A stretch of DNA of 63,584 nucleotides, filler included, from Stramenopiles sp. TOSAG23-2 (lineage: Eukaryota): NCBI GenBank assembly GCA_900128395.1. It is 15 parts of 15 records of this genome, joined end to end, with 100 filler letters (N's around TTAATTAATTAA, not from the genome) between each part and the next. Parts side by side here need not be neighbours in the genome. Positions count along the whole stretch, not along the records: positions 1 to 4,910 come from LT650786.1; positions 5,011 to 9,918 come from LT650787.1; positions 10,019 to 14,925 come from LT650788.1; 12 more parts are not named here. One strand, given 5' to 3'. A model generated the notes under the pieces. It made no database searches, was not told the DNA's origin, and saw only the letters and a list, made by a program, of their open reading frames with translations. Positions 1-10,390 of this stretch are shown here, piece by piece. Within the stretch, counting starts at the first letter, position 1. Every line of letters begins with the position of its first letter. The position numbers and the translations under genes were made by a program.

Positions 1-90
1 AATGGTATTTATATGGTAATGGGATTTGACGACACCTTGTTTTATCATGTCGTTCATTATTATTAATACATAATAGCAATAAGATAAGCA

Positions 91-250
91 TAGCATATTA
101 TCTTGCACCTCGAGTTTCTAAATGTCGTTGTATTCCCTGACTTACAACACATTGAAGGCCATTTATTATTCACCTTGACTAGCATATTATCTTGCACCTC
201 AAGTTTCCAAATGTCGTTGTATTGCCTGACTTACAACACTTTTGAAGGCC
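91..250. repeat. Imperfect direct duplication (~70 bp, 91-160 / 180-250)
   Basis: TAGCATATTATCTTGCACCTC...TTGAAGGCC occurs twice with a few substitutions. Confidence 0.85.
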
Positions 251-586
251 CTGAGGTAAAACAATATTCCATAATTATCATGTTTCAATTCGGGTGGACC
301 GTGACAAAAGTTCAAACTGGAGTTATAAGACAGGGTTAAATATACATGAAATAACATAATAATGCTATTTATATGTACTTTAAAATTTTATCAAAAAAGA
401 ACCCTTATGGTAAACCAAACCATACCAAAAAAACAAAATAGTAAGCACCACCACCAAGTTATATATCTGTTAAAACAATTAGTAAAATTAAAAAGTAAAA
501 AAAAAAACACTGGTGGCGTGTAGATAAAGAGAGAGAGAGAGATCCAAATAGTACAACCATAAGAACAAATGCATCGATAAAGAACA

Positions 587-2062
587 ATGGTTAAGCCAAA
601 TAAAGATCATTGGAAATCAAAGAAAATTGCACCGTCAACTTCACATAATGGACGTATTTGTAGTGCTACGAAAAATACGTTTTTAAATTATGTATTTGAG
701 AAAGAATATTTTCGACAAAGTAAAGAATGGCAAGATAATATAGATTATTTAAGACAAAAACATTTAAATAAACCAGTATCAAAACCACAATATTTAAGTA
801 TGTCGTTCACTCGAACTGGGATAGGTAGATCAATGTCACGACCATCTGTACGACAACAAAATTATAATAATAGCAATACATCATTGTTTCCACAACGTAA
901 AGATGGTGTAGGACGTATGTTGAATAATAATAATAATAATAATAATACAATAAGTTCACCATCAATTTCATCAATGCAACAACAAGAACAATATCAATTA
1001 TTTGGTAGTACTACTAGTAGTAACAATATGAATGATTTTACATTATACGGTAGTTCAGTCAAAGGAAGTAGTAACAACAACAACAACAATACTGGAGGTA
1101 TGAATCAATCTTCAAGGTCTAGAAAAGGAAAACAAAGAAGACCACAAACAGCACATGTTTTATCATCATCACGTAGCAATAAAAGTAGCCAGGAAAAGAA
1201 AAAAATATTATTACAAAAACAATTAAATCGTATGATGCATGATAGTGCAAAAAAAAAATCAGCTAGACCACAAACAGCTGGTTCTACACGATCACAACAA
1301 CGTTATGCATCAAAGCAGCAACGTAATGATAATAAAAATAGCATTGGCAATTCATCATCATCTAATAACAAGAATGGTATTAATAAGAATAATACTATGA
1401 GATCAGCTAGACCACAGACAGCTGGTTCGTCTCGTCGTAATACTAATAGGGAAGTTATTAAGAAAAACAATAATAATGCAAATACTGGATCTAATAGACC
1501 ACAAACAGCACATTCTTCCTCTTCTTCATCACGTAGAAATTATATGAATGAATCTCAACAAATTATAATGAAACAACAACAACGGCCAAAATCTGCATAT
1601 TTAATTAAAACAGGTACATATGGTGGTGGTAGTGGTAGTGCACGTTCACAACAAATGAATCAAAAATTTATGGATAAATCAAATGATTTTAATACACAAA
1701 TAATGTTAGATCATTGGACCGATGTTGAAGGACGAGTAGGATATGTGACAGAAAAACGTAAAACATCGCCATCAAAGAAAAATAAAAATATGTTGAAAGT
1801 ACGCCTTGGTAATATGCCACCCCCACCTGGATCAAATGGACCAACAATGGAATTTATGAGATCACGTGGTATGCAACCACATGAATCAACAATAACAAAA
1901 TCACGTTCACGTAGTAAACGACGAAGAAGACGTAAAAAAAAAAATAAAAACCGTGGTGGTGGTGGTGGCTTTTCCTGGACGGGCGTTTACAATACGAAAT
2001 ATAGTTCCGATTATAGTTTAGAAGGTACAATGAAAAATAAATATATTTACAATCCATGGTAG
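587..2062 (+). CDS. Basic, low-complexity (N/S/Q/K-rich) protein with five RPx[T/S]A motifs; function unknown
   Basis: 491-aa ORF containing RPQTAH x2, RPQTAG x2 and RPKSAY, poly-Asn tracts and a basic C-terminal cluster. Confidence 0.8.
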   Translation: MVKPNKDHWKSKKIAPSTSHNGRICSATKNTFLNYVFEKEYFRQSKEWQDNIDYLRQKHLNKPVSKPQYLSMSFTRTGIGRSMSRPSVRQQNYNNSNTSLFPQRKDGVGRMLNNNNNNNNTISSPSISSMQQQEQYQLFGSTTSSNNMNDFTLYGSSVKGSSNNNNNNTGGMNQSSRSRKGKQRRPQTAHVLSSSRSNKSSQEKKKILLQKQLNRMMHDSAKKKSARPQTAGSTRSQQRYASKQQRNDNKNSIGNSSSSNNKNGINKNNTMRSARPQTAGSSRRNTNREVIKKNNNNANTGSNRPQTAHSSSSSSRRNYMNESQQIIMKQQQRPKSAYLIKTGTYGGGSGSARSQQMNQKFMDKSNDFNTQIMLDHWTDVEGRVGYVTEKRKTSPSKKNKNMLKVRLGNMPPPPGSNGPTMEFMRSRGMQPHESTITKSRSRSKRRRRRKKKNKNRGGGGGFSWTGVYNTKYSSDYSLEGTMKNKYIYNPW

Positions 2063-2587
2063 GTTGATATATATATATATATATATACGATATGATTAAT
2101 GGACTTTTGCTTTATCATACAAGAAGAAATGTTTCGTATGATACACGAATGATATCGTGTTGTGATTCTATGATATCATACGGGTTGATTTAATAATCTC
2201 AAAATATTACACCGTATAAATGCATCATTTAAATGTTGTGCGAAGTACGAAGCGTTAATACATGCTTTTCGAGAGATATTGAAGTGTATTGAACATATAT
2301 ATATTACTTATAGCACGGGAAGTAAAATTTGTTATAACTTAGGTTTTAACCATCTTTTAATATATAGTATCTTGTCTCAACTCTTTCCATCTCCGGGGTC
2401 CTTCTCTCTTTTATGGAGATGTATTTTTTGTCGTCAGTCCTTTTATCGTCCATTTTTCATTCAATTTTTAAAACATGTTTCGAATGAACTAAGAATTGAA
2501 TAAATAAAAATAAATAGAAAATATAGAAAATATGCATATATATAGAAAACATAATATATATATACATATATATATATACACACAACC

Positions 2588-3661
2588 ATGGCATCACTTG
2601 CAACAAATTCAACCCTTGCAAAACGACAACGTATGTCGTTAAAACCATCAACGATTGAAGCGTTAAAACAACAACGGGCACCACCACCTATTGAAATTGG
2701 TATATTTGTTTTACCAGCTGGTATAGAATCTGCATGTGGGATCTTGTTAAATATATTACAATATTTAAATATTAGATCATTATGTAATGTGAAACGATCT
2801 TCTTTAATACAACTATGTAGGAAAGCATTTGGATCAGATGATTTTGAACGTGTACGTGATATAGCATTGAGTCTACGTTTTGACGGTAGAAGAAGTATAA
2901 ATGAGATAATACTAACACATCCAGCGAGAAGACTTTATTTATTAATTGAAAGATATCGAACAGAATTTCCACGTAGTACAGGATGGAATCCACGTTGCAT
3001 ACCAACACCTTTCATATGTGCATGTGAACACGGACGTATGAATGATGTAGAATTATTTATGAATCTTCATCCTTTTCACAAGTATATTACTAACTGTGAT
3101 GTGAATGGCTACAGAGATGATATGACACTGAAAGAATACGTAAATCAAGTCGGTAAAAGTAGTCGTGGTTATAAATATACACCTTTAATAATAGCTGCAA
3201 AGAACGAACATTTCCACGTAGTTCAATATTTAATTGAACAAGGTGAAGCTGATCCTAATATTGAAATAATTAATAATAGTAGATATAATGCATTACATTG
3301 GGCAGCAGGTAGTAACAGAATGAATACTGAGTTGATTGAATTGTTATTAACTCATATGACTCTTGATAGCATTAATAAGAATTCCAGGGGATACACTCCT
3401 CTGGACTATGCATATTATAATCATAGTCCAATTAAACAAGAGATCATTGCACTTTTACGTTCAAAAGCTGAGTTGATTGAATTGTTATTAACTCATATGA
3501 CTCTTGATAGCATTAATAAGAATTCCAGGGGATACACTCCTCTGGACTATGCATATTATAATCATAGTCCAATTAAACAAGAGATCATTGCACTTTTACG
3601 TTCAAAAGGTGGAAAAGCAAATAAATATGATGAAAATGGTAGAAATGTAGGAGCAGGTTAA
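2588..3661 (+). CDS. Ankyrin-repeat protein with F-box-like N-terminal segment
   Basis: Ankyrin motifs TPFICAC, TPLIIAA, NALHWAA and TPLDYA x2. The N-terminal LP...ILLNILQYLNIRSLCNV resembles the F-box consensus. Confidence 0.8.
   Translation: MASLATNSTLAKRQRMSLKPSTIEALKQQRAPPPIEIGIFVLPAGIESACGILLNILQYLNIRSLCNVKRSSLIQLCRKAFGSDDFERVRDIALSLRFDGRRSINEIILTHPARRLYLLIERYRTEFPRSTGWNPRCIPTPFICACEHGRMNDVELFMNLHPFHKYITNCDVNGYRDDMTLKEYVNQVGKSSRGYKYTPLIIAAKNEHFHVVQYLIEQGEADPNIEIINNSRYNALHWAAGSNRMNTELIELLLTHMTLDSINKNSRGYTPLDYAYYNHSPIKQEIIALLRSKAELIELLLTHMTLDSINKNSRGYTPLDYAYYNHSPIKQEIIALLRSKGGKANKYDENGRNVGAG
3327..3608. repeat. Exact in-frame 141-bp tandem duplication within the ankyrin CDS (3327-3467 / 3468-3608)
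   Basis: The nucleotide block is identical, so ELIELLLTHM...IIALLRSK appears twice in the protein. Confidence 0.92.
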
Positions 3662-4175
3662 TGGTGATTTAAATCCATTAAAAATGTAATTGTGTGTGTA
3701 CAGAAAAAAAGTATGTTCATGTTATGATTTTCATCCAATTAAACAAGAGATCATTGCACTTTTACGTTCAAAAGGTGGAAAAGCAAATAAATATGATGAA
3801 AATGGTAGAAATGTAGGAGCAGGTTAATGGTGATTTAAATCCATTAAAAATGTAATTGTGTGTGTACAGAAAAAAAGTATGTTCATGTTATGATTTTCAT
3901 ATACAATTATAATAAAAAAATATTTTTTATATATATATTTTATATTACACCAACGCACACATGTCTCCACACTCCACACATCAAAGGTGGAAAAGCAAAT
4001 GAACATGATGAAAATGGTAGAAATGTTGGAGCAGGTTAAATGGTGATTTAAATCATTAAAAACGTATTGTGTGTGTACAGAAAAAAAGTATGTTCATGTT
4101 ATGATTTTCATATACTCGTACAATTATAATAAAAAAATATTTTTTATAATATTTTATATTACACCAACGCACACA
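3568..4175. repeat. Triplicated 3' end and 3'UTR of the ankyrin gene (3568-3734, 3734-~3960, diverged copy ~3981-4175)
   Basis: AAAGGTGGAAAAGCAAAT..GATGAAAATGGTAGAAATG..GCAGGTTAA..GTATGTTCATGTTATGATTTTCAT occurs three times. Confidence 0.88.
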
Positions 4176-4352
4176 TTCAATATATATCATTTTATTTTAA
4201 CTCGAAACAAACTTCACACACTCTCTTATATTTTTCCATATGGGTAATCAAATCTATCATAATATTTGTATCATTAAAATGTATGATACGTAATAATTTG
4301 TATATAAATCATTAAAATGATATGAAATGATATATATACAGTAATAATAATT

Positions 4353-4745
4353 TTAATAATCATCTTCACTCACTAAAATCTCATCTTGACGTTTTCCACC
4401 TTTTGAACGTATAAGATCAATGATCTTTTGTTTAATTGGACTATGATTATATTTATATGCCCAGTCCAGGGGAGTGGATCCCCGCCTGTCCTTCTTATTA
4501 ATGCTATTAAGAGACATATTAGTTAATAAGAACTCAATCACCTCCGTATCCTTTTTGTTATACTGTGCTACATAATGTAATACATTACGTCCATCACTAT
4601 TTGCAATATTAGGATCAGCTTCACCTTGTTCAATCAAATATTTAACTATTTGGAAATGTTCTTCGTCTGCAGCTGCCGTTAAAGGTGTACGATTCCAACC
4701 AACACTATTTTTACCGACTTGATTCACGTATTCTTTCAATGTCAT
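4353..4745 (-). CDS. Ankyrin-repeat protein, same family as 2588-3661; 5' end disrupted or truncated
   Basis: MTLKEYVNQVGK...TPLTAAA...YLIEQGEADPNI...TPLDWAY...SPIKQKII.L.RSKGGK. Upstream lies a duplicated block and then the contig end. Confidence 0.8.
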   Translation of the reverse strand: MTLKEYVNQVGKNSVGWNRTPLTAAADEEHFQIVKYLIEQGEADPNIANSDGRNVLHYVAQYNKKDTEVIEFLLTNMSLNSINKKDRRGSTPLDWAYKYNHSPIKQKIIDLIRSKGGKRQDEILVSEDDY

Positions 4746-4901
4746 ATTATTATTATAGGATCAGCTTCACCTTGTTCAATCAAATATTTAACTATTTGGA
4801 AATGTTCTTCGTCTGCAGCTGCCGTTAAAGGTGTACGATTCCAACCAACACTATTTTTACCGACTTGATTCACGTATTCTTTCAATGTCATATTATTATT
4901 A
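4610..4901. repeat. Exact 146-bp tandem duplication (4610-4755 / 4756-4901) of the 5' part of the ankyrin ORF
   Basis: The block TAGGATCAGCTTCACC...GTCATATTATTATTA is repeated. Confidence 0.9.
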
Positions 4902-4910
4902 TTACCATTA

Positions 4911-5010
4911 NNNNNNNNNNNNNNNNNNNNNNNNNNNNNNNNNNNNNNNNNNNNTTAATTAATTAANNNNNNNNNNNNNNNNNNNNNNNNNNNNNNNNNN
5001 NNNNNNNNNN
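4911..5010. other. Artificial contig linker (N-run + TTAATTAATTAA + N-run); first of 14
   Basis: The same 100-nt linker, with stops in all six frames, also occurs at 9919-10018, 14926-15025, 19931-20030, 24921-25020, 29910-30009, 34894-34993, 39859-39958, 44817-44916, 49767-49866, 54717-54816, 59667-59766, 60973-61072 and 62279-62378. Contig sizes decrease monotonically. 41587-41679 is a separate plain scaffold gap. Confidence 0.98.
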
Positions 5011-5404
5011 GTGGTGTGAATAGTCCATAGGTTTTCCAAAGTTTGGTGGTTTTGAATTCCCCAGGGGTGGATTCATAGCAACCATTGTCTAGTTATATAT
5101 ATATATATATATATATGGCATAAAATATTAATGTAGTACCTGAGTACCGAGTGCATAAAAATAAAATCCAGGGGAATTCGTCACACCGGTTCCGTGTATT
5201 TTTTTTTTAAATACTGAGGAAGAGTAATGAGACCGTGGTTCGTATGTGGTACACAATAATGCATTTAATAAAAATTCAAGTCGTACCACACACACGTAAT
5301 TATTTTAAAATTAATTTTATTTTATAGGGCGAGACTTTTTGCAGACATTCTTTTTTATGATAATACTTTGTACACTAGTTTTTTGTGTGTTTTTTGAAAT
5401 CATT

Positions 5405-8400
5405 TTATCGACGGCGTAACAACTTCTTCGCACCCTTCGCACCACCTTCCTTACCTTCAGGGCCAGATTCATCCTCCACCGGCTCTTCCTCGCGCTCATG
5501 CTCCCTTCCTGTCATTGGATCAGGTTCATTTAATTTTTTTCCTTTTATTTTTTTGTCCACTACGCCAGGTTTTCCACCAGATCCACCAAATTTTGGTTCT
5601 TTTTCTTCAATTTCTTTACCACCACCATTTCCAAAGTAAGGTTCAATTTTGTTTGGTTTTAAATTAATCGGTCTCGTACACTTCACCATCTCATCCATAT
5701 TGCCACCATTGGTTTTGTATTTTTCAGATCTATAATTACAGCATGTAACTGAGCAACCTAATTCTATATTTATACCTGTACCGCACCCAACTTCATAATT
5801 ATTAAACCAATTCATGGCTGTATAATGACCTGTCACTCCACCTGTTTTGTCTTTGTCCCAACCTTCACCACCCCAACCATCAACACCTTGTCTCGCACAT
5901 GCTTCTAATACTTTCCCTGGTGCTGATTTCCCTAACATTGATTTATCCATTGGACCCGCTATCCCACCAGCGGCTAAATTTTCTCCGGCATCTATGTCTT
6001 TGTAACTATCATGTCCCTCAAATGTATGGGACAATTTGCATTTATTTTTCCTTGCTAACTTCTTGGCATAATCTGTAGCATATTCGGCTATTTCTTTATT
6101 CCACGACATCGTATGAGAACCAGGACTACACATATTTCTCATTATATTGTGATAATCCAAAAAAGTTACAGCGTATTCACTTGATGGGTCGTAATCAGTT
6201 TCTGTAGTTCCATAATATGCATCAGTATAAAATGGGTGTGTGCCCCCCCCTTCTTCCGGATCTATGTTGATTGGATGAGTGCAAGGTACTTCTTTCTCCA
6301 TGTTACCACCGTTAGTTTGTGGGGTACTTCTGTAATTACACACCGTCACTTGGCATCCCTGTTCTACATTAATACCCATTCCACATCCCAGTTCCCTATT
6401 CTCTTTCCACATCATAGCCGTGTAATGGCCTGTCACTTTTCCGGTCTTGTGTTTCCTCCATCCAATATCAAACCCTTCTCCGCCCCATCCGTTAACGCCC
6501 ATTCTCGATGCTTTATCTTTGCTAATACCGGGGCAATCCCTACATTGTCCTATATTTTCTCCTGCGCCAAAATCTTTGTACGGGTCATGGCCTTTAAATG
6601 TATGGCTCATTTCACAATATTCACCTTTGTTGTTCTTGCTTTCTTTTGCGAGCAATTTAGCGTAATCACTAGCATATTTTGCAAGTTCTTCATTCCATCC
6701 CATAGTACGTGTCTTGGTTTTATGGCATAGATTTCTCATGTTATTATGATATGTTAACATATTTCTAGCATAAGTACTCCCTGATTTTATATCTTCATTC
6801 GTAGTTCCAGGATATGTAATTAATCTAGTCTTATTGCCACTACCTGGCCATGTTTCTATGTGTTTATAATCGCCTCCTAAATCCTCGCGTACTTTTGCCC
6901 AACGTTCATTAGGGTCATTCCATTCATCCCACGTATAATTTCTATCCATGGCTACCCTGTAATTCGGTGGAAGTTTCCCGGTGTAATGTACTTTTTCTAT
7001 TCCCGCCGTTCCTACTGAAATTGTTTGTTCTACATTGTCATTATTCGACATCATATCTTTCATAACATTTTCCACATTTTTCTTATGTCTCACGCCAGGC
7101 CTATCTATTTTTATATCGGTATAATATGCTTTGAAACCTGATTCGTCGACATTGATTGGTCGAGTACATTTTACGTTTTCCTCATCAATCGCTGAGTTGG
7201 TCGTAATTTCCGGTGATATATAATTACAAACAGTTATCGAACATTGCTTCTGTTCGTCATAAGCCCATCCACACCCGACTGCTGTGTTGCCTTTCCACAT
7301 CATAGCAGTATAATGACCTGTAACTTCTCCTGTTTTATCTTGTTTCCAACCTTCTTGACCCCAACCATTCAAACCACCTCTCCCTGAATCTATTTTACCG
7401 TGTAAGACCCCAAACGATGATGCTATGTTTTCGCCTAATTTGTTTTTTGCTAAAAATGCTCCGTGGCCGTCATGGGTATGTGACATGGCACATTTCAAGT
7501 CTTTGACTAATAATTTAGCATAATCACTAGCGTATTTTGCCAATGCTTCATTCCAAGCTATGCGTTTATAATCACCATTGCATCTGTGTCTCATAGCATT
7601 ATGAGCTAATGTCATATATTGAGCATATTTACTATTTGATCTAATATCTACGTGATTAGTAGTCCCAGGGAAAGTAATCATTCTATCTTCTATTCCTTTA
7701 CCAGGCCAAGATTTTATATCTTTATTACCACCATTATCCTCACGTGCTGCAGCCCACTCTTCATCTGGATTCTCCCATTGTTTTTCTTCAAACCCTCTCT
7801 TCATTGCAACTGCTTTCGTCAGAGGCAAATCTTTTGGTGCAAACGATGCACCAAGCTTCTCGTTGATTATTACTGGTCTAGTGCATTTCACTTCTAAAGG
7901 TTCTCGGACTGGTAAAAAATGTGGCCCGGGAATTTTCTCAGAGTTGAAAAATGTATTGATTGGCCACTTCATATTTGGTGGGGAATTATGCTTAGCGCCA
8001 GTTGATAAATAGTTACATACAGTAATTGTACATTTCTTATCAGCAGCGATACTGTAACCACATCCGACTTTATTGCCAGATTTCCACATTAATGCAGTAT
8101 AATGACCTGTTACCTTTTCAGCTCTATCATTTCCAAAACCTTCCGACCCCCAGCCAATTAAAGCTTGTAACCCCGAAAAAAATTTATCCTTTTGCCCTTT
8201 TCCTATATTTTCTCCTGCCCCCTCTAGTATGACATCTAACAATTCGCCGTGTTTATCAAACGTATGGGACATTTCACAATTATTTTCTTTTACTAATAAT
8301 TTTGCATAATCACTTGCAAGTTTTGCTAATTTTTCATCCCATTCTAAATTGGTATTTTGGCTACTACATAATTTTCTCATGTTGTTATGACCATTTGTCA

Positions 8401-8710
8401 TGAATTGAGCATATTGACTTCCACTACGTAAATCGTCGTGAAGGTTCGTTCCTGGATAGGTAATTATTCTATCACCGGCTCCTTTACCAGACCATTTTTC
8501 TATATCTCTATCGCCTCCATTATTTTCACGTGCTGCCGCCCACTCTTCATCTGGGTTGTCCCATTCTTTATCCGTTTTCCCGGCTTTTTTGGCATCTGCT
8601 CTTGTTAAAGGAATGCTTTCATCCCCACCTTTTGACCTTTGGCTTATTGGGACAGCAACGCAGCTTTGAATAACTGTTATAGCAAATATCAAAAAGACAA
8701 CAGTTTGCAT
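5405..8710 (-). CDS. Secreted protein with four tandem CAP (SCP/PR-1/antigen 5) domains
   Basis: Signal peptide MQTVVFLIFAITVIQSCVA. Four copies of HNxMR...W.E.LA.YA.DYAK...SHT...GEN[I/L]...GWGxEG...TGHYTAM.W...VGCG...[V/C]CNY. Confidence 0.92.
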   Translation of the reverse strand: MQTVVFLIFAITVIQSCVAVPISQRSKGGDESIPLTRADAKKAGKTDKEWDNPDEEWAAARENNGGDRDIEKWSGKGAGDRIITYPGTNLHDDLRSGSQYAQFMTNGHNNMRKLCSSQNTNLEWDEKLAKLASDYAKLLVKENNCEMSHTFDKHGELLDVILEGAGENIGKGQKDKFFSGLQALIGWGSEGFGNDRAEKVTGHYTALMWKSGNKVGCGYSIAADKKCTITVCNYLSTGAKHNSPPNMKWPINTFFNSEKIPGPHFLPVREPLEVKCTRPVIINEKLGASFAPKDLPLTKAVAMKRGFEEKQWENPDEEWAAAREDNGGNKDIKSWPGKGIEDRMITFPGTTNHVDIRSNSKYAQYMTLAHNAMRHRCNGDYKRIAWNEALAKYASDYAKLLVKDLKCAMSHTHDGHGAFLAKNKLGENIASSFGVLHGKIDSGRGGLNGWGQEGWKQDKTGEVTGHYTAMMWKGNTAVGCGWAYDEQKQCSITVCNYISPEITTNSAIDEENVKCTRPINVDESGFKAYYTDIKIDRPGVRHKKNVENVMKDMMSNNDNVEQTISVGTAGIEKVHYTGKLPPNYRVAMDRNYTWDEWNDPNERWAKVREDLGGDYKHIETWPGSGNKTRLITYPGTTNEDIKSGSTYARNMLTYHNNMRNLCHKTKTRTMGWNEELAKYASDYAKLLAKESKNNKGEYCEMSHTFKGHDPYKDFGAGENIGQCRDCPGISKDKASRMGVNGWGGEGFDIGWRKHKTGKVTGHYTAMMWKENRELGCGMGINVEQGCQVTVCNYRSTPQTNGGNMEKEVPCTHPINIDPEEGGGTHPFYTDAYYGTTETDYDPSSEYAVTFLDYHNIMRNMCSPGSHTMSWNKEIAEYATDYAKKLARKNKCKLSHTFEGHDSYKDIDAGENLAAGGIAGPMDKSMLGKSAPGKVLEACARQGVDGWGGEGWDKDKTGGVTGHYTAMNWFNNYEVGCGTGINIELGCSVTCCNYRSEKYKTNGGNMDEMVKCTRPINLKPNKIEPYFGNGGGKEIEEKEPKFGGSGGKPGVVDKKIKGKKLNEPDPMTGREHEREEEPVEDESGPEGKEGGAKGAKKLLRRR

Positions 8711-9060
8711 TGTAACAACTATCGTGATAGAAGCTATTATCTTACAACAAGATGCCGCTTCCGACTGTGTGAAATATTTTTATACCACAGAGAAAAAACG
8801 GAAGCAATGAAATTGCTTACCAAAGATATATATGATAAAGTAAATATCCACAAATTAGTAAGTCATAGAAAATATGTGTATGACTTTTAGACTAGATGCA
8901 TTAATTATAATAATATATATTTAATTTTATATACAGTATATATATATTGCACTAGTATTAATAGTATTGATAACTATTGTACCTGGGTATACAGTATAGT
9001 ATTACTTATTGCTGCAACATGCAACTACAAGCTATACAACTGCCCTGATACGAGGACTAA

Positions 9061-9104
9061 TGGAATGCTGGAATGCTGGAATGCCTAATGCCAGAATGCC
9101 TAGA
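9061..9104. repeat. Short degenerate minisatellite (TGGAATGC)n
   Basis: TGGAATGC x3 followed by CTAATGC and CAGAATGC. Confidence 0.6.
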
Positions 9105-9212
9105 AAAAAACTCTGCTGCCAAAAACTTCCTCTTTTTTTTTGTATTTGTCCCAATGCTGTGTGCATATTATTATATTTATATTCTAAATTATATAGCATT
9201 GCATTCATTGCA

Positions 9213-9812
9213 TTGCAGTATATGGTAAAAAACGTGCCGTAGAGCGTTAAACGTGCCGTTCGGGCGATTGTTAATGCTATTCCCATGCTAAACCGGGAAA
9301 TTTTGGAACAAAACTTGGACCTAGCAAAACACAAAAATAATATTATACTATCAAGTATAAATAATTCCCATTTTAAAATGTGATAGGAACATAAAAGTAG
9401 TAGTGTTGTTGATTTAAGTATAAAATTTACACGCAGACTCACACATATCATCCTTTAAATAAATTTAAATTCAAATTTAAACAAAACCAACTACCAAAGT
9501 TATTTATTTATATCCATATGAACAACATCTGCTGTAAAATCCGTACTTCAAAGAATTTGAATTTATTTAAAGGGTGATATGTGTGAGTCTGCGTGTAAAT
9601 TTTATACTTAAATCAACAACACTACTACTTTTATGTTCCTATCACATTTTAAAATGGGAATTATTTATACTTGATAGTATAATATTATTTTTGTGTTTTG
9701 CTAGGTCCAAGTTTTGTTCCAAAATTTCCCGGTTTAGCATGGGAATAGCATTAACAATCGCCCGAACGGCACGTTTAACGCTCTACGGCACGTTTTTTAC
9801 CATATACTGCAA
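9213..9812. mobile_element. Foldback/MITE-like element with ~260-bp inverted arms (9213-~9472 / ~9553-9812), non-coding
   Basis: The arms are near-perfect reverse complements, which explains the mirror ORFs 9032-9451(-) and 9574-9849(+). A subterminal direct repeat AACGTGCCGT occurs twice per arm. TGCA flanks both ends (9214-9217, 9808-9811). Confidence 0.75.
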
Positions 9813-10390
9813 AACAACATGCAAAACTCACAAAAACTATTTATATTAACATAGACAATAGTTTGTGTGTGTGTGTGTATTTATCTACATCAATATATAC
9901 ATCCCCCCATATAAATACNNNNNNNNNNNNNNNNNNNNNNNNNNNNNNNNNNNNNNNNNNNNTTAATTAATTAANNNNNNNNNNNNNNNNNNNNNNNNNN
10001 NNNNNNNNNNNNNNNNNNGTATACGATAAAACACACCTATCAACTTCCTTCAAACACGCAACTAAAAAAAAAAACAACAACTGGAACAACACAAATTCTT
10101 AATGAGGTGTTTCTCAATGTACCTGATAAGTGTGGATATTTGCACATATTATATTCGTATGTGTCAAAGTTATTATACTTATATCTCCCTGTTATCTTCC
10201 ACATCCATACAGAAATAATATGGACAATTACATCCAAAATTAAAAACATTTACACAAATACACAAATACAAACATAGATACGTGGACAGAGAGAAAGAAG
10301 TAGAGAAACAATTTGATTTATAAACATTATATATATAAAACAATAATAACAATAAAACAACAACAAAAACAAATATAAACAACAACAAAG

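Noticed and set aside
4955-4966. Recurrent TTAATTAATTAA palindrome at ~5-kb spacing
   Set aside because: It always sits inside N-runs and is an artificial six-frame-stop linker, not a biological repeat or array.
9032-9849. Apparent duplicated genes MICVSLRVNFILK... on opposite strands
   Set aside because: These are mirror translations of a non-coding inverted repeat with no protein-like features.
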